25,803 nucleotides of DNA from a virus (taxonomy: Duplodnaviria > Caudoviricetes), in the IMG/VR virus record IMGVR_UViG_3300032237_001287, positions 1 through 25,803 of that record; one strand, given 5' to 3'. Below the pieces are notes generated by a model. That model did no database searches, was not told the DNA's origin, and worked only from the letters and a program-made list of their open reading frames with translations. Positions within the stretch are counted from its first letter, which is position 1; the number at the start of each line of letters is the position of its first letter. Positions 7,958 through 16,682 of the stretch are shown here, piece by piece. A program made the translations under genes and the position numbers.

Positions 7958-8215
7958 GTGGGCCTAGACATTATTTTTGCAGCTGCTTCTGGGGCCATCG
8001 GAGCATTCACCGGTATCAGCAAGGCTTTTGCTGGCTTTCAAAATAAAATTGACCGGCGCCTGGAGCGTATTGAAGACGATTTGGATACCCTAGAGGATCG
8101 CGTCATCCGTGATTACGTGCTGAAAGAAGATTTCAGGCGTGAAATGGAAGCCGTACATAAAAAACTGGATCGTATTCTGGATTATTTGATACGAACTGGG
8201 GGATTGACGAGTTAA
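7958..8215 (+). CDS. small membrane-anchored coiled-coil protein (holin/lysis-accessory-like?)
   Basis: Hydrophobic N-terminus IIFAAASGAIGAFTGI, then a charged heptad region ending YVLKEDFRREMEAVHKKLDRILD. It fills the gap between minus-strand genes. The start is GTG 7958 or TTG 7952, and the stop overlaps the convergent gene's stop (TTAA 8212-8215). Confidence 0.7.
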   Translation: MGLDIIFAAASGAIGAFTGISKAFAGFQNKIDRRLERIEDDLDTLEDRVIRDYVLKEDFRREMEAVHKKLDRILDYLIRTGGLTS

Positions 8216-8637
8216 GTCGCCAACCACGACGAACTGGCTGAATCATAAATATACATTTTGCTTAAAGATTTATCGTAGTGCAACTGCCCATTAACAGGAT
8301 TAGATGGTTTGCCTGCAAAAATAGATGCCACTGCTTTAGTGGTTTGCCAGGCAGAACCATCATAAATCTTAAAAATTTGAGTGCTTACTGTATCTAGCCA
8401 GGATTCCCCCTTGGAAAGGCTTGTGTAGCCCGTTGGGAGAAGGTTTGGGGCCGTACTACCGATGAAGGTTGGGCCGACCTTGATGAGCCCTGTACTAGGC
8501 GATGCGGTATTGTCCGCGAAGTAAAGGCCGGGATCTCCGGGGTTGTTGTTTACAGCGACCTCAGCGGGTCCCAACCGTGTCGGTAAAGGGCGATCGTACA
8601 AAAGCGAAGAACGCCGACTTAAAACCTGTTCCGTCAT
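8212..8637 (-). CDS. tail-fibre proximal/anchor-type structural protein
   Basis: RRSS..RP....AEVAVN....PGLYF...LIKVGPTFIGSTAP...GESWLDT...KIYDGSAW, followed by a second PSNPVNGQLHYD...YIYD...W repeat. Confidence 0.7.
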   Translation of the reverse strand: MTEQVLSRRSSLLYDRPLPTRLGPAEVAVNNNPGDPGLYFADNTASPSTGLIKVGPTFIGSTAPNLLPTGYTSLSKGESWLDTVSTQIFKIYDGSAWQTTKAVASIFAGKPSNPVNGQLHYDKSLSKMYIYDSASSSWLAT

Positions 8638-8649
8638 GGCAAAATGTGG

Positions 8650-11091
8650 TTAATCGTAGGTGCCGCAATCGATTACGGTGGGCTGAGCCGTAAGCGGATC
8701 GTAGGTGCTGCAATCTATTGTACTCATTGCAACCGCAATACCTGTGCCAGATCCAACCCCAGTTGCTTGAAATTCAATATATTGGGCGTTGGATGCTGCA
8801 CCAATAGCCGTAAAGTCCGTGGTGCCGACGCTATCAATGACATACCAAGCTCCAATAACGAAAGAACCTGCCGCTACCAGCGTATTGAGCGGATCCATGG
8901 GCAAACCATTCAAATATTGCCCTGCATCAATTAAACCAAATTGATAGTTATTGGTGTAATTGATTAATGGCTCATTCAAAAATCCAAATTTTGTACTAAC
9001 AATGAGCGTTGGATTAAGGTTTACAACTTTGCTAACAACAGAAATCAAGCGTTGCGTGCTGTTCTGAAGAGTGCCATCTGCAGCTACAATATTTCCGTTT
9101 GCATCCCTTTGAATATTATCTGTCAACAATGATGTAAGTATGTAAGGTTGATAATTGCCAGTAGATTGCGGTTGATTTTTGAAATCTTTTGTTTGTGCCG
9201 CACCACGCCAATCTTTACCCATCTTTAGCATGGCGAGGCGTTCAGCGCCTTGCTTAACGCGGGAATGTTCTTTCCTTAGGTTTCCGTAGAACAAATCCGC
9301 TCCATCACCTACTGGATGATCACTTGGTTCTTTTATCCAAGCTGAAACATAATCATGTTCTTTTAAGTTTTGGATAGAACAGTAACCGGAAGTGGTTTGT
9401 GCGTAAGGATAAGCAATTGTAAAAGTATTGGCATCTTGTACGCTGCTAATACTGTATTGGCCGCTTAATACCGCTCCACTTGTAACCACAAGTTGCACTT
9501 TTGTATTTGCTGTCAACCCATGATTTAAGGCTGTGATGAGTACACTAGTGGTGCCCGATTGAACAAAAGATCCTGAAATGTTTAACGGCGCACTTCCTTC
9601 CTCGTGCATCAAAGAGAAAAGGGAAGCGTAAATATGCTTGCACCAGCGGAGTTGATAGTATTGCAATCCGGTGTAGCACGTATCTTGCTTATCCCCGTAA
9701 TCAGGTAATTGATAAAAATCGTTGCTTGCCACGTAACCTAAATCACTAAACACCCCAATATTTTCCCGCAAATTTGTAATGCTGTTATCTTTATTTAATA
9801 TTGTGCCCGGCTTGGTTGATGTGATTGCGCTTTGTGGGAATTTATTCCTACTATTACTGCTGTAAAGATCATACGATTCCCGCCTTGTGTAGTCTTGGCA
9901 AGTGCATTGATAACGTAATTCTGTGGTAAGAAAATTGCCAACTAAAAATCCACGATGAGCCGGCGTTACGATGTCGGTCATTGTGTCAACAGTTTTTGCG
10001 CCATAGCTATGGCTGCGTTGGCAAACGATTTCATTATTTGTTACGTCAATAGACTTTACCGTATAACCAACATAATCGTCATAATTAAATTTCTCGATCA
10101 ACCTATACACGATTGCGTTGCCGCTGGTTGAACCATTTTCAATTGTTGTAACCGTAAAAGCAATGCTTGAAGTTACGGTAATTAAATACAACCCTGAAAT
10201 AACGTTTCCAGTTGTGGCATTTAAGTTGATTTCGTTGCCAGTAGCAAGCCCGTGCGCCGTGTTACATGTAACCGTTACGGTGCTTCCCGTCCGCGAGTAG
10301 GTTGCAGTGATACCAGGATCCGCCTCACTGATGCGGTCAGTAATCCTTTCGCCAATTAATGAATTACTTGGTGCAGGCAAATAACGAACTTTGGCTCTGG
10401 TTTCCGTCCAGCGGGAGTCAGAAAATCCTGTGGATAAAGCAGCCGAAACATTTCCTACGGTCGTTGCGCTAATGGCTGATGTACATGTAAAGGTATCATT
10501 TGTTTTTGCTGTAATAGCAAGCGTCGCCGTAGTAGCTGTTCCGCTAAGGAATGACAGGTAAATATTATCGCCAAGTTGATAACCGTGCCTGGGCATGGAG
10601 ACTGTTATTGTAAAACCCGATTGAGAATAGGGGGCAACTGAAGCATCCCCCAAGTAGCACACACCGAGAATGGGCAAGCCAAAATCATAGAAATTCAAAG
10701 CATTGGCGTCACGCATTGCCACGATATGCTCTCCTGTTTCCGTTGAAGAACTTGGGTACGTGAACAGCCTTGCAGGTATGAAAATTCCTGGATATTGTTG
10801 AAAGGCACAATATGAACGATAATCGCCTATGTCACCCCTCTTGGTTGAAGCAGATGCAAATACGCTCTGCATAACGGTATAAATTTCGTACCCACGCCGC
10901 CAACGGGCCCATAAAGAGTCCCGATCGTAAAAGCGAATACGACTCTTGAAATCATCTTTGTGTGGCGTAAACTTAAAAGGATTATCAGCAACTCCGTAAT
11001 TACTGAGTGCAGATATCTTATCCCCAGGACTATTAAATCCTTTTGTTATACTATCGTTAAATTTGCCGGTAAACCCGTCAAATCGAGCCAT
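8650..11091 (-). CDS. large structural protein with split SWIM-type zinc finger and three HG beta-repeat domains
   Basis: YQCTCQDY (9898-9906) and WCKHIYA (9634-9642). Three (Y/F)xxxGxxxxV...HG(L/Y)...V/I.L....G domains. The C-terminus has AGSFVIGAWYVIDSVGTTDFTAIGA and a doubled IDC(S/G)TYD. Confidence 0.7.
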   Translation of the reverse strand: MARFDGFTGKFNDSITKGFNSPGDKISALSNYGVADNPFKFTPHKDDFKSRIRFYDRDSLWARWRRGYEIYTVMQSVFASASTKRGDIGDYRSYCAFQQYPGIFIPARLFTYPSSSTETGEHIVAMRDANALNFYDFGLPILGVCYLGDASVAPYSQSGFTITVSMPRHGYQLGDNIYLSFLSGTATTATLAITAKTNDTFTCTSAISATTVGNVSAALSTGFSDSRWTETRAKVRYLPAPSNSLIGERITDRISEADPGITATYSRTGSTVTVTCNTAHGLATGNEINLNATTGNVISGLYLITVTSSIAFTVTTIENGSTSGNAIVYRLIEKFNYDDYVGYTVKSIDVTNNEIVCQRSHSYGAKTVDTMTDIVTPAHRGFLVGNFLTTELRYQCTCQDYTRRESYDLYSSNSRNKFPQSAITSTKPGTILNKDNSITNLRENIGVFSDLGYVASNDFYQLPDYGDKQDTCYTGLQYYQLRWCKHIYASLFSLMHEEGSAPLNISGSFVQSGTTSVLITALNHGLTANTKVQLVVTSGAVLSGQYSISSVQDANTFTIAYPYAQTTSGYCSIQNLKEHDYVSAWIKEPSDHPVGDGADLFYGNLRKEHSRVKQGAERLAMLKMGKDWRGAAQTKDFKNQPQSTGNYQPYILTSLLTDNIQRDANGNIVAADGTLQNSTQRLISVVSKVVNLNPTLIVSTKFGFLNEPLINYTNNYQFGLIDAGQYLNGLPMDPLNTLVAAGSFVIGAWYVIDSVGTTDFTAIGAASNAQYIEFQATGVGSGTGIAVAMSTIDCSTYDPLTAQPTVIDCGTYD

Positions 11092-11100
11092 GGCAATTGA

Positions 11101-11871
11101 TCAATAGTAGCCGCCTTGCAAGTTGATATAGAAACCGTTTGTAAGTGCTGTGGTGCCACCAACTGCGGCATACAAAGCAGATCCGTTGCCAATCATCAGT
11201 CCACGCATTTTGGGAGATACTGTACTATTGGTGCTGGTAAAATTCGATCCACTATGCACAACAGGTTGGTTAACCAAAGGCAAAATACTATTCAAAGTCA
11301 AGCTATAGTTAATATTTGCTGCAATGCTAGGAATACTTACCGTAAAAAGAGGGAAAAATTGATTGGTACTTGTGATACTGCTCACGTTAACAAGATAAAA
11401 ACAAAAGTCCGTGGGTGGATAGAATGTTACGTTACCGCTGGTAGTTAGTGTTGACGCACTGACGCCAGCAAAAGTATTTGCGGTGATTGCAGTAACTGTA
11501 AGGACTTCATCCACGCCACTGCCAGTTGTGTAATCCAAATATACTTTTTGGCCTACTTGAAGGTTGTGGTTAGCGTAGGTAACAGTTAAAGCAGTACCAA
11601 CTTGATTATAGGTGCCGCCGGAGCCAGTGACTGGAGCAAAGTAGTTATTAGAAAATTGGCTGTATTGGAACCAAATTTCATCAATATATGCGCCACTAAT
11701 GGAATTATCCGTGCCTGCAGTGTTTACATCAATAAGCTGCGTTGCATTACCAATTGCCGTCGGAATAAGGCTTGTGGCAAAAGATTGGCCCGATGCAACC
11801 GTCACCAACGTGCTGTCCAGCAACGGACGGTCAATCATCATAGGCTGTTTATTTGTGCTTGTAGATGACAC
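11101..11871 (-). CDS. putative virion structural protein with one HG-like beta domain
   Basis: 256 aa, GTG start. YNQVGTALTVTYANHNLQVGQKVYLDYTTG resembles the repeats in the downstream gene. Ends QGGYY. Confidence 0.65.
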   Translation of the reverse strand: MSSTSTNKQPMMIDRPLLDSTLVTVASGQSFATSLIPTAIGNATQLIDVNTAGTDNSISGAYIDEIWFQYSQFSNNYFAPVTGSGGTYNQVGTALTVTYANHNLQVGQKVYLDYTTGSGVDEVLTVTAITANTFAGVSASTLTTSGNVTFYPPTDFCFYLVNVSSITSTNQFFPLFTVSIPSIAANINYSLTLNSILPLVNQPVVHSGSNFTSTNSTVSPKMRGLMIGNGSALYAAVGGTTALTNGFYINLQGGYY

Positions 11872-11916
11872 GTTCTTCTTGACCAGGGGTTCTTAGCTGT
11901 ATTGTAGCGCAATCAA

Positions 11917-12078
11917 TTATTTCTTTTTGTTTCGCTCTTCAAGTTTAAGTCGGGCTTTCTTCACAGCCTCTCTGCGCTTTTCTTTATCGCTTTCTTTTGG
12001 CTCATCACGGCCTTCCGTTTTTTCCCCTGCTTTTTTCTTAAAATGGGCAAGGAGTTCCGGGGGCATTTTTGAAGCCAT
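11917..12078 (-). CDS. small highly charged basic protein (53 aa), not in the ORF track
   Basis: Hand translation: MASKMPPELLAHFKKKAGEKTEGRDEPKESDKEKRREAVKKARLKLEERNKKK*. Fills the intergenic gap on the operon strand. Confidence 0.75.
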   Translation of the reverse strand: MASKMPPELLAHFKKKAGEKTEGRDEPKESDKEKRREAVKKARLKLEERNKKK

Positions 12079-12123
12079 TACAAACAGTAAAAGGTTACGC
12101 TATCCGTATTTTAGTCCTAACAA

Positions 12124-12351
12124 TCAAAGCAGTGTTTGCTCGGCAGAACCGATATCAATTGTACCAGGGGGTGCTGGCGGCATCAGTGGGGTATAGTCCC
12201 CGGATAAATGTAAGCCTCGGAATACATTGGCACCTTCTCCGCCCATGATCAAATGAAGCTTATCGCCGGCCATTCGCGTGCGTTTTTCCGGTCCGCGCCC
12301 ACCACCACCTGAAAAGGATGATTGGATTTGACCTGATCTGGTATGTGCCAT
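12124..12351 (-). CDS. hypothetical protein (75 aa)
   Basis: ATG 5 nt after the previous stop, on the operon strand. Contains RMAG. Confidence 0.6.
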   Translation of the reverse strand: MAHTRSGQIQSSFSGGGGRGPEKRTRMAGDKLHLIMGGEGANVFRGLHLSGDYTPLMPPAPPGTIDIGSAEQTLL

Positions 12352-12356
12352 TTTAA

Positions 12357-12893
12357 TTAGCCCGATTGATTGTCGTAAGTTCTTTGATAACGCCTGCCTG
12401 TATTTGGGTTCACATACGGGTCATCATATACAATACCGTCGCCGCTGTCATAATAATAATGATCACCGCTTTTTCCCACGGAAAAGTAGTTATCTGTTGG
12501 TGTTGCATCTGAAGGAGGATTCCACTCGGGAGCAGCCGGCGGCGGCGGCGGTGGCGCAGGGGCGGCTGGTAGGGATGTCGGTGTTGTAGAAGGTTGGCTA
12601 TCCGTAGTAAGGGTGGAATCTGTTGGCGCCTTATATGAAGCACCTTGTTGAGTATATTTGTTTGTACTTACATTTTTGTTGGCGCCAAAGGCTTCCCCTG
12701 CCATTCTTATGGAGGCTAGGTTGGTAGGATCAAGATTGGAAATAGCAAGCCTATTTTGTGCTTGTTGTGCATCTGAAAATGGTAACGCAGAAGCTATATC
12801 CGGTGCAGAAACGGTTGGCAGAACCCTAGATGTTTGTTGTGAAGGGAGCTTGCGCCCCGCAAGCCCAGTTGCGCTCTTGCTAGATTGACCCAT
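12357..12893 (-). CDS. hypothetical protein with poly-Pro linker, possible internal virion protein
   Basis: 178 aa, largely disordered composition, with PAAPAPPPPPPPAAP, a Y/D-rich C-terminus and RMAG. Confidence 0.65.
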   Translation of the reverse strand: MGQSSKSATGLAGRKLPSQQTSRVLPTVSAPDIASALPFSDAQQAQNRLAISNLDPTNLASIRMAGEAFGANKNVSTNKYTQQGASYKAPTDSTLTTDSQPSTTPTSLPAAPAPPPPPPAAPEWNPPSDATPTDNYFSVGKSGDHYYYDSGDGIVYDDPYVNPNTGRRYQRTYDNQSG

Positions 12894-12936
12894 TTCAAAT
12901 TTTAAATGTTCCCTTCATACCAATATAAGCCATTCC

Positions 12937-13695
12937 CTACACGTAGCTCCCTTGCCCGGCGGACATCAAAGCACCTATAATTGCATTTGGTGAGGCAATG
13001 GGAATAGTGTTTTGTTGCGCCGCTTGTACGCTAGGTGCATTTAAATCAAAAGCTTGACTTAAACCACCGTAATCCCTGGGTGTGGCCATCGCTTTCAAAA
13101 CATCTTTTACCTGAGTGGCGTAAGAATTAGCAAACGTTACTGGGTCCGTTTGCGGTTGCGACGCAATTTGCTGCGGTTGCGTTGTTTCACTTTGTTGCGG
13201 CTGTCCCCCACCAGCACTAGGAACTCCTAAGGGTGCCGGTTGCCCCAATTTCTGAATTAATTGGTTTGCAACATTTGGGTGCTTATCAAAATAAAAATTC
13301 CCGTTTGGAGAAAACATAATGTCATCGGGGTGCTTATTTGCAAGCAGTGATTGCCCACGAAATGATGTCGCTCCCTGCCCCGCCTGCAAATAACCCGACA
13401 TTAAGTTGGGGTTTTGCAGTATTTGCATAGCCTGGTTGTACTTGTTTCCGTATATTTTTGCTCCAAAACCTGGGTCCGTTACTTGTCCTACAGAGTAAGG
13501 GTCATTTGCTACAAACTGTTGAGGGGCTTTTACTAATGATGCAATGCTGGCACCAGGATTTAGCGCTTTCCGTGCAAGGATTGTTTGTAGTACGCCACCG
13601 ATATCTTTGCCTGGGGCCGCCTCTCCCCCAGCCGTAAATGCTGCTGCGCTTAAATCTTGTGGCGTTAAGCCTAGTAATTCAGAGGTTAATGCCAT
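12937..13695 (-). CDS. SleB/Hydrolase_2-like cell-wall hydrolase (virion-associated lytic transglycosylase) with Q/P-rich tail
   Basis: Motif order GGEA (putative catalytic Glu), VLQTILAR, IASLVKAPQQF, GATSFRG, GNFYF matches the SleB family pattern GEA..V..V.NR..I..V...QF..GA..F..H.F. Confidence 0.65.
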   Translation of the reverse strand: MALTSELLGLTPQDLSAAAFTAGGEAAPGKDIGGVLQTILARKALNPGASIASLVKAPQQFVANDPYSVGQVTDPGFGAKIYGNKYNQAMQILQNPNLMSGYLQAGQGATSFRGQSLLANKHPDDIMFSPNGNFYFDKHPNVANQLIQKLGQPAPLGVPSAGGGQPQQSETTQPQQIASQPQTDPVTFANSYATQVKDVLKAMATPRDYGGLSQAFDLNAPSVQAAQQNTIPIASPNAIIGALMSAGQGSYV

Positions 13696-13697
13696 GA

Positions 13698-14177
13698 TTA
13701 CCTGAGTTCCTCCATAAAACGGATACGTGTACCAATTGCAACGTCCGCAGGACCAGGTAATGCTTGAATAAATTCTGCACCTTCCCGTTCAAAGCGGTAG
13801 CGAGCTTGTTCAGGATTGCGATAGTTTGGAACGTAAAGATGCAACGCCAATCTATCGGTTTCAAACATGTAAATTTGAATCCACGTCTTCAAGGTATCCT
13901 TAAAGTCCGTGGTGCTGATTGTCCGTGTCACGTCACCAGCAATATTCTCTAACCGCCCCTTAGGGACTTCGGTATTATTGACGCTACCTGTCATGTCGGT
14001 GCGTTTTTCCGCTTCATCACACCGACCAATTTGCTCTACAATCTTGCTATACCAAAAAGAATCTTGAATGTTGTTTAATGCTTCTGCCAGCCGAGCTTGG
14101 TCGCCAGCCGGCACCGAGGTTATATTATAACCAAGGTGCCACCGTACTTTTGACTGGTAGAAGGTGTCAAGTTGCAT
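13698..14177 (-). CDS. putative head-completion / head-tail adaptor protein
   Basis: 159 aa, helical, with an N-terminal KVRWHLGY (adaptor-like 'VR.hLG'). It lies downstream of the capsid genes, so the call is largely positional. Confidence 0.45.
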   Translation of the reverse strand: MQLDTFYQSKVRWHLGYNITSVPAGDQARLAEALNNIQDSFWYSKIVEQIGRCDEAEKRTDMTGSVNNTEVPKGRLENIAGDVTRTISTTDFKDTLKTWIQIYMFETDRLALHLYVPNYRNPEQARYRFEREGAEFIQALPGPADVAIGTRIRFMEELR

Positions 14178-14617
14178 TATTCAACGCGAACTAAGTTCTC
14201 TTTGATAATCTCATCCCAGTCTACTCGCTTGATGCTTTTGAGTTGATCTAGGCGTACAAATTTTTCGCCAGGCATCGATGTTTGCAAGTCTTTAATATCG
14301 CGTGCTGTTTTAAGACCAACACCTGGCAATGTATCTGCAATTTGCCTGGCGCTGGCAGTATTAATGTTCAACCGAACATCCAAAGGAAAAGTTTCTTTAT
14401 TTGATGGCTCAGGGGGATTAACGCCATCTTCTTTCAATACTTCACGCAACCGTTCCGTGTTACGTTCTTTTTCGTTGGTTGCGGAAAGATGCGGGACGAG
14501 GTTCTCTTTTTCAAGATAATGAACCTCGTCCTGCGCATCGACGCACATTACGATCCCGTCACCATAATCCGAAAGGACTTCAACGAGACCGCCCGTCAGC
14601 TTGTACTGGTAAAGCAT
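14177..14617 (-). CDS. helix-hairpin-helix (ComEA-like) DNA-binding protein
   Basis: LNINTASARQIADTLPGVGLKTARDI...F..LDQLKSIKRV matches the ComEA/HHH_3 pattern. Confidence 0.8.
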   Translation of the reverse strand: MLYQYKLTGGLVEVLSDYGDGIVMCVDAQDEVHYLEKENLVPHLSATNEKERNTERLREVLKEDGVNPPEPSNKETFPLDVRLNINTASARQIADTLPGVGLKTARDIKDLQTSMPGEKFVRLDQLKSIKRVDWDEIIKENLVRVE

Positions 14618-14664
14618 TTAAGGTTTGAATGCAACTACCAGTACATTAACTGACTTAACCTTTA

Positions 14665-15525
14665 TCAGCCGTTCACGCCGGCACCGTCATCACCACCAAT
14701 CTGGGACTTAAAGTCAATGAAGCCCTGGATTTCATTCCAGCCTGCAGCATCTGCAGGGCGGAGGTAGTTGATGCGGCACACGATGTAGCCAGTTTTGTTG
14801 TTGGCCAGATCGGTAGCGCTGATGCTCACGCCAGAACCGTTTGCGGTCGTGGCAGCAGCGGTCAACACACTATACACACCAAAGGTGGTATTAGAGGTGA
14901 CCTTGTAGAACATCGAGCTGTAGAAGTCAGCAGCGAGGATACCACCGGAGGTAACGGAGCTGGTGAAGGGCAGTGAGCCGGCAGTGGCGTTACCGTTAGA
15001 CAGAGCAGCGGTACCCTGGGTCAGGGCACTGGAGGCAACAGTCAGGTAGGCAACAGCGTTACCGATACCAAGTGCTTTGTTGGCGGTAGACACACCAGCG
15101 GGGACGCCACTGTTGTCAGGGCCAAACAGAAGCAGGTCGCTGGTGGTACCAACGAGGTCAGCGGTCACAGGCACGCCAGGGAAACCGGGCAGTGCACCGG
15201 TACCGTAGCCAACACCGGAAGGGATGTCCTGACCGATCGAAATAGAAGCACCGTAGATGTACGAAGGCTGGCTGCTGGAAGCAGGGACAGTAATCGCACT
15301 CAAGTTGTCACGCACACGGTCATCGGGACGACGATCGGGTGAGGGGACAGTAATGGTTGTGAAGGTCTTGGCAGCAGTGGTGCTGGCAATGGGCACATAA
15401 CCAATAATTTCGTACGCCTCAATACCGGGCCAACCGAAGACACCTTCGTTGTTGTAGCCAGAAAGGCGGTTGACCTGGGTGCCGGGATAAAGTACGCTGC
15501 CAGCGTTAGTCTTGTAAGTAGCCAT
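14665..15525 (-). CDS. putative minor capsid/decoration or other abundant structural protein
   Basis: Directly follows the MCP, with a strong SD (GGAGG at 15536-15540) and the same C-ending high-expression codon bias as the MCP. Beta-rich, G/A/T/S-rich. Confidence 0.6.
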   Translation of the reverse strand: MATYKTNAGSVLYPGTQVNRLSGYNNEGVFGWPGIEAYEIIGYVPIASTTAAKTFTTITVPSPDRRPDDRVRDNLSAITVPASSSQPSYIYGASISIGQDIPSGVGYGTGALPGFPGVPVTADLVGTTSDLLLFGPDNSGVPAGVSTANKALGIGNAVAYLTVASSALTQGTAALSNGNATAGSLPFTSSVTSGGILAADFYSSMFYKVTSNTTFGVYSVLTAAATTANGSGVSISATDLANNKTGYIVCRINYLRPADAAGWNEIQGFIDFKSQIGGDDGAGVNG

Positions 15526-15542
15526 GGGTTAGTTGCCTCCTA

Positions 15543-16682
15543 TCAAACGATGGTGAACGCGGTGGTGCAGAAGTCCTTGTTCAGGTTAGCAAAACCGGCG
15601 TACAGCTGCCAAATCAGAATGATAAAGCGGCTGAAGTCGTCGTTGTTGTTAATGAGGACTTGAGCATTGGGGCCACCGATACCAATACCAACCGCCTGGG
15701 GACCGAAGAACAGGCCAGGGGGAGTGGTGTGGGTCACGGAGCCAGCACCATCACCGATATCGCAGGTGACAGTCAGGTTGGTGAAGTTGGTTGATTCAAA
15801 GAAACGCACACCTTCAAACACGAAGCCGGTAGGCATGATCGGTTCGCCAGCCACAAAAGCAGCTTGGCCATACTGACCACCACCGTAGATGGCTTGGTTG
15901 GGACCCATGGCGCCCATCATCGGGTTGCCTTGGCCCATGCCGGGGTAACGTGCAACTTCACGGAAGCCTTGGTCAGCACGCAGATCCTTCATGAAAGAGG
16001 GATCAGCAATACAGCGGTAGTAACCATCTTGGAAGACGGGAACGTTACGCTTACGCAGACCTTTGACAACCTCCAGAAGGTCGCTCTTCACGTTAAACTT
16101 GTAACGCTCAGAAGCATATTCGGTAGCGGTGTAGGTGCTAACGGTACCGCTGGAGTTGGTGTGGTTGTTGGGGTAGTAGTAACCACCTTGGGTATCGGAG
16201 GCTTGGCCGCGTGAGAAGGACTTGTACAGTTCGTCCAGCAGCACGCGATCACGCCAGCGGCGGTAGTCATCCAACAGGGTCAGCGAACCGATGGACTGGT
16301 GGAACATGTTAAGGTTCCCGGTGTCCAGCAGCAGGCGCTGAGCGGTCATCAGCGTTTCCCGAGCAATCTTAAAGGTGCTGGGAGCGTTGGCATTGGTCGG
16401 GTCAGCAGGACCAGTGTACTCGCGGAGAGACACCAGAACCTTGTCCTTCACAATGGAACGGCTGTTAGCGGTACCAATGGTCTGGTCCTGGGTACGCTCA
16501 CGGTTGGCCTTGGTACCGGGGTTGCCCCAGAAACGGTACCGGTCCAGCTGAACGGTTTGGCCAGGCTGTTTGGTGAAGTCATGAACAACGACGGGCTCAG
16601 CCGCCATTTCCACGATGTAAGCCGGATGGGGGCGGTACAGTTCCGCACCCAACAGCTTCGGGAAATCATTATCAATGAACAT
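15543..16682 (-). CDS. major capsid protein (HK97 fold, N4-gp56-like)
   Basis: 379 aa with HDFTKQPGQTVQLDR, VSLREY, GFVFEGVRFFES, FFGPQAVG and DDFSRFIILIW. Lies after the portal/scaffold genes and has strong codon bias. Confidence 0.85.
   Translation of the reverse strand: MFIDNDFPKLLGAELYRPHPAYIVEMAAEPVVVHDFTKQPGQTVQLDRYRFWGNPGTKANRERTQDQTIGTANSRSIVKDKVLVSLREYTGPADPTNANAPSTFKIARETLMTAQRLLLDTGNLNMFHQSIGSLTLLDDYRRWRDRVLLDELYKSFSRGQASDTQGGYYYPNNHTNSSGTVSTYTATEYASERYKFNVKSDLLEVVKGLRKRNVPVFQDGYYRCIADPSFMKDLRADQGFREVARYPGMGQGNPMMGAMGPNQAIYGGGQYGQAAFVAGEPIMPTGFVFEGVRFFESTNFTNLTVTCDIGDGAGSVTHTTPPGLFFGPQAVGIGIGGPNAQVLINNNDDFSRFIILIWQLYAGFANLNKDFCTTAFTIV

Noticed and set aside
11927-12196. Plus-strand 89-aa ORF in the track
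   Set aside because: It is the F/S-rich antisense of the lysine-rich minus-strand ORF at 11917-12078.
231-13695. Stop-codon reassignment (TAG read-through)
   Set aside because: TAG, TGA and TAA all end full-length genes that are followed closely by new starts (for example stops at 5374, 7359 and 4965). Coding density under the standard code is high.
14177-14617. PsbU photosystem auxiliary gene
   Set aside because: It shares only the HhH fold, has no signal peptide, and lies in a structural-gene context.
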